From: an uncultured Bacillota bacterium
GTDB taxonomy: Bacteria > Bacillota_I > Bacilli_A > RF39 > UBA660
Assembly (NCBI GenBank): GCA_945867665.1
Contig: CAMBIR010000005.1
Location: forward strand, 8,659 to 72,658
DNA: 64,000 nucleotides
Reading direction: 5' to 3'
Shown: piece by piece, positions 57,087-64,000 of the stretch
How positions within the stretch are numbered: the stretch's first letter is position 1
Layout of the letters: the number at the start of each line of letters is the position of its first letter
Translations under genes and position numbers: made by a program
Notes under the pieces: generated by a model
The model's input: only the letters and a program-made list of their open reading frames with translations
Told to the model about the DNA's origin: nothing
Databases searched by the model: none

Positions 57087-58187
57087 TTAAACATTAAATC
57101 TAAAGTGACAGATATCGCCATCTTGCATTAAGTAATCTTTCCCTTCTAAGCGCATTTTTCCAGCTTCTTTTACTTTTAGTTCATTGCCACAGTCGATTAA
57201 GTCTTGATAACTCATCACTTCGGCACGAATAAAGCCTTTTTCAAAATCTGTATGAATTAGTCCAGCACATGATGGGGCTTTCATTCCTTTTCTAAAAGTC
57301 CAAGCTCTTACTTCATCTGGGCCAACGGTAAAGTAAGTGGCTAGTCCTAAAAGAGAGTAAGTACTTTTAATTAAACTAGAAAGTCCACTTTCTTCAATAC
57401 CTAGTTCTTTTAAAAAGGCTGTTTTTTCTTCTAGTTCTAATTCGGCTAATTCACTTTCGATTTTGGCGCAAATCATAACTACTTCTGTATTTTCTTTCTT
57501 TGCATATTCTCTTACTTCTTTTACGTATTCATTTTCTCCCGCTATAATGGTATCTTCATCAACATTTGCTACATAAATAATGGGCTTTGCGGTGATGAGG
57601 CGAAAACTTGATAAGATCTTTAATTCTTCTTCATCGAAATCTAATTTTCTTACGGGAATATTTTTTTCTAAGTTTTCTTTGATTCGAAGAAGTAAGTTAT
57701 ATTCTATTAAATCATCTTTATTCTTCGAAGTTTGTGCTTTTTTGGCGATTTTATTAATTCTGTTGTCAATAATTTCTAAATCAGAGAAAACAAGTTCTAG
57801 ATTGATGACTTCAATATCCCGAATGGGATCAACGTTTCCATCAACGTGAATAATATTTTTATCATCAAAACAACGGACAACTTCAACAATGGCGTCAACT
57901 TCTCTGATGTGCGATAAAAATTTATTACCTAATCCTTCTCCTGTTGATGCTCCTTTTACTAATCCTGCAATATCTGTAAATTCAAAAGTTGTGGGAATCG
58001 TTTTATTTGGCATATACATTTCTTCTAATACTTCTACTCTTTTATCTGGAACAATTACAGTACCTACGTTGGGTTCAATAGTGGCAAATGGATAATTGGC
58101 CGCTAAAATTTCTTGTTTGGTAATTGCATTAAAAAGGGTTGATTTTCCTACATTTGGTAGGCCTACAATTCCTGCGGTTAAACTCAT
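57087..58187 (-). CDS. ychF: Ribosome-binding ATPase YchF (Obg-family GTPase fold, TGS domain)
   Basis: GLPNVGKSTLFNA P-loop, DIAGLVKGAS, C-terminal TGS (RAWTFRKGMKAP). 366 aa. Confidence 0.9.
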   Translation of the reverse strand: MSLTAGIVGLPNVGKSTLFNAITKQEILAANYPFATIEPNVGTVIVPDKRVEVLEEMYMPNKTIPTTFEFTDIAGLVKGASTGEGLGNKFLSHIREVDAIVEVVRCFDDKNIIHVDGNVDPIRDIEVINLELVFSDLEIIDNRINKIAKKAQTSKNKDDLIEYNLLLRIKENLEKNIPVRKLDFDEEELKILSSFRLITAKPIIYVANVDEDTIIAGENEYVKEVREYAKKENTEVVMICAKIESELAELELEEKTAFLKELGIEESGLSSLIKSTYSLLGLATYFTVGPDEVRAWTFRKGMKAPSCAGLIHTDFEKGFIRAEVMSYQDLIDCGNELKVKEAGKMRLEGKDYLMQDGDICHFRFNV

Positions 58188-58274
58188 GTTATTCCTTCTT
58201 TCTGTATTAATAGTATAGCATAAAATTCTATGATACTGAAATTTTTATCTTAAAAATACTTATTTTAATAGAAA

Positions 58275-58306
58275 AAAGAAAGATAATTTGGGTTAGTATC
58301 TTTCTT
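58275..58306 (-). terminator. Terminator hairpin 3' of 58340..58780 gene
   Basis: AAGAAAGATA…TATCTTTCTT with A-run on the plus side (T-run on minus). Confidence 0.5.
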
Positions 58307-58339
58307 ATCTTACAAGTAATCCTGGTGAGGGAATTCTTG

Positions 58340-58780
58340 TTAAAGTTGGACTATCAAATGATATTGCTGGTCTTGTTTTTTCCTTGTTTTGATTTTCTTT
58401 CCAAAAAGATGATTCTTTTTTTCGAATTTTTTTATTGCAATCTGTTCTTTAGAAATATCTTGTTTGGCCATTTCTCTTATATGAAGTAAATTAATATTTA
58501 ATTCTTTTACTGCATTTTTGAATAAAATACCAAAGGCAATTTCTTTATTTCGATTTAAGCCTTTTTTAGAAATAAAGATGGGCGTTTCTTCTAGAGATTT
58601 TTGGATATTCATTGTAAGGCTATTTAAAATAGAAGCATACTTTACTTGTACTTTTCTTGGTACTTTACTCCATTGGCCAAACTGAGTAGTTGGAAATAAC
58701 TTTTTTATACATTTTGAATAAATTTGAGCATTATTTAATTGATACTTTTCTTTTTCTTGATTGAACATATTGAAATTCAT
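58340..58780 (-). CDS. Hypothetical basic protein
   Basis: 146 aa, Lys-rich, unknown family. Followed by a hairpin terminator at 58275-58306. Confidence 0.4.
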   Translation of the reverse strand: MNFNMFNQEKEKYQLNNAQIYSKCIKKLFPTTQFGQWSKVPRKVQVKYASILNSLTMNIQKSLEETPIFISKKGLNRNKEIAFGILFKNAVKELNINLLHIREMAKQDISKEQIAIKKFEKKNHLFGKKIKTRKKQDQQYHLIVQL

Positions 58781-58893
58781 CTTATCTCCTACTTTCTATT
58801 CTTTATGTAAATATTATAGCACGTATTTTAATTTTTAGGAGGATAAATTTGGAAGATGTGAATTCTATTTTATATTAAAGCGTTACTTTAAGG

Positions 58894-58915
58894 AAAAATA
58901 CTGATCAGTATTTTT
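58894..58915. terminator. Perfect 22-nt palindrome AAAAATACTGATCAGTATTTTT (bidirectional terminator) 3' of AbgT gene
   Basis: Zero-loop perfect palindrome of the recurrent AAAATACTGAT stem family with flanking A5/T5. Confidence 0.55.
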
Positions 58916-58955
58916 CGTAAAAAAAAGAAACAAATCTTGGAATAAGAAATGTTTC

Positions 58956-60500
58956 TTATAATGTTACTTTCGTTGCAATTCCTATTGGAATACCTAGAGT
59001 ATAGAAAACAATTACAATAGCGAGCCATAAAACAGTAAATGCTACGGTATATGGAGTCATTAAGGATATGGCTCTAGAAATGGTTACGGGGTCATTTTTC
59101 TTCTTATTGTAAATTTGAAGAAAGCCAATTAAAATGACAAAGTAAGTAAATAATGGTGTGATTCCTTTTACAGAACTGTCTGCCGCTCTAAATACGACTT
59201 GAGCAAATTCTGGGGTTAAGGAACTTTGCATAAACATTGGTACAATAATCGGCGCTAAAATTGCCCATTTTGTTGAAGCAACGGGTACAAGAAAGGTAGA
59301 TACTAATGTTAGGAAGAATGTGATTAGAACAAGGACAATTCCCGTTAATTGAAGATTTCCTACCCAGTTTGTAAGACTAGCGACAACGAAGACGCCAAGG
59401 TTAGTTTGTTTGAAAATTAAACAAAATTGAGCAGCAAAGAAGATTAAGACAAGGAGTGATGATAAATCTTTTAAATAATAATTCATTCCATCTACAAAAT
59501 CACGATTGTTTTTAAACGTTTTCACTCTTAGGCCATAAACTAAACCGGCTAACATCAAAAGAAAACTAAAGATAAAAACAGAACCTTTATAAAAGTATGA
59601 ATTTGCTCCAAATAATTGATTAACATAGCCTGAATCTTTTAGGTAAAGAAGTAAGCCAGAGAAAGGTAGTCCTGGTGTGATGCAATAGATAATCGGTAGT
59701 AAAATTGCTACTACTGAGAGAATCGCAATGATTAGACCTTTCATTTCTGTTTTGGTTGGTTCTTGTTTTCTATTTTCTATTTCTTCTTCCTCAAAGTTAT
59801 ATTTTCCTAATTTAGGAATGATTACTCTTTCTGTAATGAGCGTACCAATGTAAGCAACTAATAAGGTACTTACCATCATAAAAATAAGATTTCCATTGGT
59901 TTTTACTTTATAAGTAGCATCAAGAATTGTCGTTGCTGATTTGGTATAAGGAAGTAGACTACTATCTAGCGAATTTGCGACAATATTTGCACCTGAGCCA
60001 AAAGTAATTCCAGCGAAGGCAGCGCAGATTCCAGCGGATGGATGTCTACCTAAATCTCTAAATAAAATAGCCGCCATAGGAATTAAAATAACATACCCCA
60101 CATCATAGAACATCGAAAAAATTACTCCTAGTAATACAATTAAGAAGGTTAACATTTTTCTAGGAAATATTTTGGCAATCACTTTATTTAAGGTATTTAA
60201 AAATCCTGATTTATAAGCAACTCCTATTCCCATTAGTCCTAAAATGAAAGTTCCTAGGGGTGCAAAATTCATAAAATTGGAAAGTAAATTACTGATTAAG
60301 TATTGAATTCCTGTTCGATTGAAGAGATTGTTAATATTTACTACTTGGGACTCTAAGTCACCAGTTACGGTATTTACTGTATAATAGTTCGTTTCTAGAT
60401 TTAAAATTCCACCAATACTACTAATCACCATAACCGTTAGGGTTAAAACGAGAAAAACTAGGGCTGGATGGAATTTTGTTCTTTTGATTTTATTTTTCAT
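58956..60500 (-). CDS. AbgT-family transporter (p-aminobenzoyl-glutamate/YdaH/MtrF-like)
   Basis: 514 aa polytopic. N-terminal region (…NRTGIQYLISNLLSNFMNFAPLGTFILGLMGIGVAYKSGFL…) aligns to the AbgT consensus. Confidence 0.75.
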   Translation of the reverse strand: MKNKIKRTKFHPALVFLVLTLTVMVISSIGGILNLETNYYTVNTVTGDLESQVVNINNLFNRTGIQYLISNLLSNFMNFAPLGTFILGLMGIGVAYKSGFLNTLNKVIAKIFPRKMLTFLIVLLGVIFSMFYDVGYVILIPMAAILFRDLGRHPSAGICAAFAGITFGSGANIVANSLDSSLLPYTKSATTILDATYKVKTNGNLIFMMVSTLLVAYIGTLITERVIIPKLGKYNFEEEEIENRKQEPTKTEMKGLIIAILSVVAILLPIIYCITPGLPFSGLLLYLKDSGYVNQLFGANSYFYKGSVFIFSFLLMLAGLVYGLRVKTFKNNRDFVDGMNYYLKDLSSLLVLIFFAAQFCLIFKQTNLGVFVVASLTNWVGNLQLTGIVLVLITFFLTLVSTFLVPVASTKWAILAPIIVPMFMQSSLTPEFAQVVFRAADSSVKGITPLFTYFVILIGFLQIYNKKKNDPVTISRAISLMTPYTVAFTVLWLAIVIVFYTLGIPIGIATKVTL

Positions 60501-60681
60501 TGATTATCACCTTTTTTAACTTTTTGTTAAATTCTACTCTTGGTAGCATGATGGTTCTTCCACATTCCATACATTTTATTTTGATGTCCGCTCCTACTCT
60601 GATAATTTCCCATTTATTGGTTCCACATGGATGTTGTTTTTTCATCATCACAATACTACCTAAGCTATAATTAAGAGCCAT
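60490..60681 (-). CDS. DUF951-family small protein
   Basis: Core MALNYSLGSIVMMKKQHPCGTNKWEIIRVGADIKIKCMECGRTIMLPRVEFNKKLKKV matches DUF951. RBS AAAGAGGTGG precedes this Met. The ORF-track start at 60780 is an upstream in-frame extension overlapping trmL. Confidence 0.7.
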   Translation of the reverse strand: MALNYSLGSIVMMKKQHPCGTNKWEIIRVGADIKIKCMECGRTIMLPRVEFNKKLKKVIINEK

Positions 60682-60761
60682 TTTATCCACCTCTTTTTCA
60701 AGAGTATTATAACATTTTTGAAATTTGATGTAAATAGAGGGACTTTTTAAAAAGAAAAAGA

Positions 60762-61286
60762 TTAGTCTTCGAGTAACCAATCTTCTCCTTTATGAGGTTC
60801 TGTTCTTTTTAAAGAGGGATAATCTTGTTGTCTTAATACTTCATAAGTTGCCACGGCAACACAGTTTGATAAATTTAGGGCTCTAACATTCTCTGTTGTT
60901 GGAATTCTTATGCATCTATCTAGGTGATTTTTTAAGATTTCTTTGGGAATTCCTGTTGACTCTTTGCCAAAGATTAAATAAATCTCTTTTTCTTTATCTT
61001 TAAAATCAAATTCGGTATGAGGCTTTTTGCCATATCTTGTAAAAAAATAGTACTCCCCTTCATTCTTTTTTGCAAAAGAAGCAAAATCTTCATAGACTTG
61101 ATAGTCTAATTTGTCAATATAATTGACACCACTTCTTTTGATTGTTTTATCATTTAAGATAAATCCAAGTGGCTCGATTAGGTGAAGTTTTGCTCCTGTT
61201 GCAACACAAGTACGCATAATATTTCCTGTATTTTGGGGAATTTCTGGTTCATATAGTACAATGTTAATCAATTTCGTCTGCTCCAA
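60762..61286 (-). CDS. trmL: tRNA (cytidine/uridine-2'-O)-methyltransferase TrmL (SpoU/TrmH class)
   Basis: IVLYEPEIPQNTGNIMRTC, LIFGKESTGIP and SLNLSNCVAVATYEVLRQ motifs. About 160-170 aa. Confidence 0.85.
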   Translation of the reverse strand: MEQTKLINIVLYEPEIPQNTGNIMRTCVATGAKLHLIEPLGFILNDKTIKRSGVNYIDKLDYQVYEDFASFAKKNEGEYYFFTRYGKKPHTEFDFKDKEKEIYLIFGKESTGIPKEILKNHLDRCIRIPTTENVRALNLSNCVAVATYEVLRQQDYPSLKRTEPHKGEDWLLED

Positions 61287-61770
61287 TTCTATTTAAGTAT
61301 TTTATTGTTTTTTTACTGCTATAGTTGTTTTTCTTAATGCTATAGGTATCGGTTACTTTCCCGTTTGTATATACAACTAAATAAGGGAAATTTTCGTCTA
61401 TTCCCAATTTGGCAATAGCGCTTTGTTTATTTTCATCTGTTACATTTAAATATAAAACATTGTTTCTTAAATTGGTATCTATTAAATTGTTTTTAAACTG
61501 CTCTTCAAATCTATTAATTTCTTTGTCTCCTAATATAGATACATAAAGAATGGCATTTTTATTTTCTACAATATAATCGTCTAATTCATTATAATTAATC
61601 ACGGTTAAATATTGATTCATAATGCTTGTATAGAGTTTGTTTTCATTGTAAGTTTCATACCAAGTATAGACATAAGTTAAAAGTAAAATACTTCCCAATA
61701 AAATAAGGAATAAATAAATGTAATTTTTAGGAGCTACTTCTCTTAATTTTTCTTTTTTTATGCTACTCAT
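61264..61770 (-). CDS. Hypothetical membrane-anchored protein
   Basis: 168 aa, single N-terminal TM (YIYLFLILLGSILLLTYVYTW), extracytoplasmic domain of unknown function. Overlaps the trmL start by 23 nt. Confidence 0.4.
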   Translation of the reverse strand: MSSIKKEKLREVAPKNYIYLFLILLGSILLLTYVYTWYETYNENKLYTSIMNQYLTVINYNELDDYIVENKNAILYVSILGDKEINRFEEQFKNNLIDTNLRNNVLYLNVTDENKQSAIAKLGIDENFPYLVVYTNGKVTDTYSIKKNNYSSKKTIKYLNRIGADEID

Positions 61771-61948
61771 TTTACCATCTCCGTTAACTTTATTTTAACA
61801 GTTAATTTTACATTTGTAAATATTTTATACTAAATATTATGAAAAAGAACATGAGTTTATGTTATAATAATTAACAGTGAACTTATTTTAATTTCTTAAT
61901 AAAAAAGGGGGTGTTTTTAGGTTCCGCTACTGTTACCTAAAATATTAT

Positions 61949-62590
61949 ATGGAGAATAAAAATTTTGATAAATTATTAGAAGATTTAATTTTAGAAAATG
62001 CATCCAAACAATTGGTACCTACTTTGCTTTTGCATAGTTGTTGTGCACCGTGCTCTAGTTATGTTCTAGATTATCTTTCCAAATATTTTAAGATTACGGT
62101 GCTTTATTACAATCCTAATATTTCTCCTGAGAGTGAATATTTGAAGAGAAAGGATGAACAAATTAGACTAATTAAAGAGATGAATACAACCTACCCTGTT
62201 TCTATTCTAGATTGTGATTATGATAATGCTTTGTATGAAGAGGCTATTAAAGGATTAGAGAATGAGAAAGAAAGAGGGAGCCGTTGTACTATTTGCTTTA
62301 GAATGCGTCTAGAAAAAACAGTAAGGATGGCAATGACAAAAAAGTTTGATTATTTTGGAACCACTTTAACTGTTAGTCCTTATAAAAATGCTAAATTAAT
62401 TAATGAAATTGGAGAGGATTTAGAAAATATTTATGGGGTGAATTTTCTCTTTAGTGATTTTAAGAAAAGAGAAGGATACAAAAAATCGATTTTGTTATCT
62501 AAAAAATATCATTTATATCGTCAAGATTATTGTGGATGCAAATATTCTAAATTGGAAAGGGAGGGGTTATTATCGAAACAGATGAATTAA
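61949..62590 (+). CDS. queH: Epoxyqueuosine reductase QueH (DUF208)
   Basis: LLLHSCCAPCSSYVLDYL and C-terminal CTICFRMRL…YCGC cysteine motifs. 213 aa. No canonical SD within 15 nt of the ATG. Confidence 0.85.
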   Translation: MENKNFDKLLEDLILENASKQLVPTLLLHSCCAPCSSYVLDYLSKYFKITVLYYNPNISPESEYLKRKDEQIRLIKEMNTTYPVSILDCDYDNALYEEAIKGLENEKERGSRCTICFRMRLEKTVRMAMTKKFDYFGTTLTVSPYKNAKLINEIGEDLENIYGVNFLFSDFKKREGYKKSILLSKKYHLYRQDYCGCKYSKLEREGLLSKQMN

Positions 62591-62604
62591 AACTATTTTA
62601 TCAG

Positions 62605-63228
62605 TTGGATGAGAAGAAGTATCTCGTTGAAAAAAACTTAGAATTGAAAAAATATTTTTATTGTTTATATGATGAGTATCAATTAGAAAATGTGCAAGAG
62701 ATGATTAATCAACTTATTGCTTGGTATAGTATTAAGTATGAAGACCAATATTTGGCTAAGGTAATTGATGATGTATCATCAAAAGAAGAATTTGATATTT
62801 CCAGAAAATTAGTGGAATTTTATAAAAAGAATAAAGAGATTTATACCGTTATGAATTTTGACGCTTTAATTAATCATTATTCTACTTTCGAACTTGATTT
62901 ATTCTATGGAAAGAATTGTAATAGTGATGAGATGAAAGCATTTCAAAAAGAAATTCTTATCGCAGTTGGATGGGGACTTATTTATCATAAACATACTTCT
63001 TTGGAATATGGATTTTGTCGTGCTAGAATCATGATGGAAGAATTTAATCAACAATATCATTTAGAATTAAATCCTGATATTTATAAATCCGTTATTTTTA
63101 GAAAATATACTTTAGAAGATGAAGAAATCCGGAAAAAAATAGAACAGATAAATAGTCAGAAAAAGACTGATGAAATAGGCATTAAAAAAAGAAAGTTAAC
63201 TAGAATTCGTTCTTTCTTTCAAGGATAG
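62605..63228 (+). CDS. Hypothetical protein
   Basis: 207-aa ORF 14 nt downstream of queH, unknown. Confidence 0.4.
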   Translation: MDEKKYLVEKNLELKKYFYCLYDEYQLENVQEMINQLIAWYSIKYEDQYLAKVIDDVSSKEEFDISRKLVEFYKKNKEIYTVMNFDALINHYSTFELDLFYGKNCNSDEMKAFQKEILIAVGWGLIYHKHTSLEYGFCRARIMMEEFNQQYHLELNPDIYKSVIFRKYTLEDEEIRKKIEQINSQKKTDEIGIKKRKLTRIRSFFQG

Positions 63229-63837
63229 TTTATTTTTACTAATTAATGAAACAAGATGATAAAGGTCATTTTGTTTTTTTGTCCAATTTTTTTCAATTTC
63301 ATTTAGTAAGTATTCTTTGATTTGTTCTAAATTATTATTTTCCCTGTGGAAATATTCATAGTATAAATATTTTAGAAGAATTTTATCTTGATTTTCTTTA
63401 ATATAATGAATTAATGTTTCTTTTTTTTCAATTTCTATTCTTAATTTATTTTCTTCATTTATAGGGATTATTTCTTGATAAGTAATTTTAGTAAGTGGAA
63501 GATGCATGGCAATATCGTTTGCTTCGTCTTCTTCTTCATAAATTAAACTACTTTTTTTTAAGACATTTCCTTCTAAATCAAAAAGAAGGCCTATAGTAAT
63601 TATAGAATTTGATACTAACAAAATAATTTTTCCGCGTTTATTATTTTCTTCTTTAAACTTTTGGATAGTACTTATATCTACTTTTACTTTGTTATTTTTA
63701 AAATTGAGGATATCTTCATCTGTTACGTGATAGATTGGTAATTTGGATAGATTTTTTATTTTATCATGTTTATTCCACTCAAAAAATTGATAATAGTTAT
63801 CTTGAAAATTTAAAGCAATATCATAAATGTAGGTCAT
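63196..63837 (-). CDS. Hypothetical protein
   Basis: 213-aa ORF convergent with 62605..63228, unknown. Confidence 0.4.
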   Translation of the reverse strand: MTYIYDIALNFQDNYYQFFEWNKHDKIKNLSKLPIYHVTDEDILNFKNNKVKVDISTIQKFKEENNKRGKIILLVSNSIITIGLLFDLEGNVLKKSSLIYEEEDEANDIAMHLPLTKITYQEIIPINEENKLRIEIEKKETLIHYIKENQDKILLKYLYYEYFHRENNNLEQIKEYLLNEIEKNWTKKQNDLYHLVSLISKNKLSLKERTNSS

Positions 63838-63841
63838 TTTT

Positions 63842-64000
63842 TTATCTCCTTTTGTAGGTTATGGCTAATGATACCATTACAAAGCCTAGAAGCGTGTAAT
63901 AGCATTCAATTCTTCTAGTTATAAAATGAACATAAAAAGAGAAATTATACCCTATTGTTAGTAGATTTAAGTAAAGAATAATAAAAGATAGGCCTAGTGT
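63842..64000 (-). CDS. Hypothetical membrane protein, partial (N-terminus beyond window)
   Basis: Minus-strand frame open from the window edge to TAA at 63842-63844. Translation is hydrophobic (…LGLSFIILYLNLLTIGYNFSFYVHFI…VMVSLAITYKRR). Confidence 0.3.
   Translation of the reverse strand, partial: TLGLSFIILYLNLLTIGYNFSFYVHFITRRIECYYTLLGFVMVSLAITYKRR

Noticed and set aside
1-64000. CRISPR arrays, rRNA genes, additional tRNAs, prophage structural genes
   Set aside because: No regularly spaced direct repeats, no rRNA-like conserved blocks, and no capsid/terminase/integrase-like ORFs were seen. The only tRNA is tRNA-Trp at 46013-46087.

Overview
This 64-kb window is a very AT-rich (roughly 25-30% GC) chromosomal segment that looks like a low-GC Firmicute (Clostridia/Erysipelotrichia-like codon usage). 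It is densely packed with about 60 genes, and more than 85% of them are on the minus strand.

Most of the window is housekeeping:
- rpsF-ssb-rpsR operon
- ychF, pepF, pcrA, trmL, queH
- phosphoketolase and a CBS-type family II pyrophosphatase
- a U32 peptidase, HtrA, CtpA and SufB
- a MarR-linked heterodimeric ABC exporter
- a cold-shock protein and one tRNA-Trp

The features that stand out are:
- A split agr-like quorum-sensing locus (agrB plus a 40-aa agrD precursor that the ORF track misses, arranged convergently with an agrC/agrA-like kinase and LytTR regulator).
- Two adjacent cell-surface proteins, one of them a dockerin-bearing peptidoglycan glucosaminidase.
- A complete IS1182-family element inserted 2-4 bp after the rpsR stop.
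- A family of intrinsic-terminator hairpins that share a conserved AAAATACT(GAT)...(ATC)AGTATTTT stem.
- An apparent frameshift at an A-run inside a secreted-protein gene.
- An atypical 466-aa sigma-70-family protein.
- Duplicated direct repeats upstream of the cold-shock gene.

No CRISPR array, rRNA gene or prophage was seen. Features I placed myself rather than taking from the ORF track have coordinates good to about +/-2 nt.
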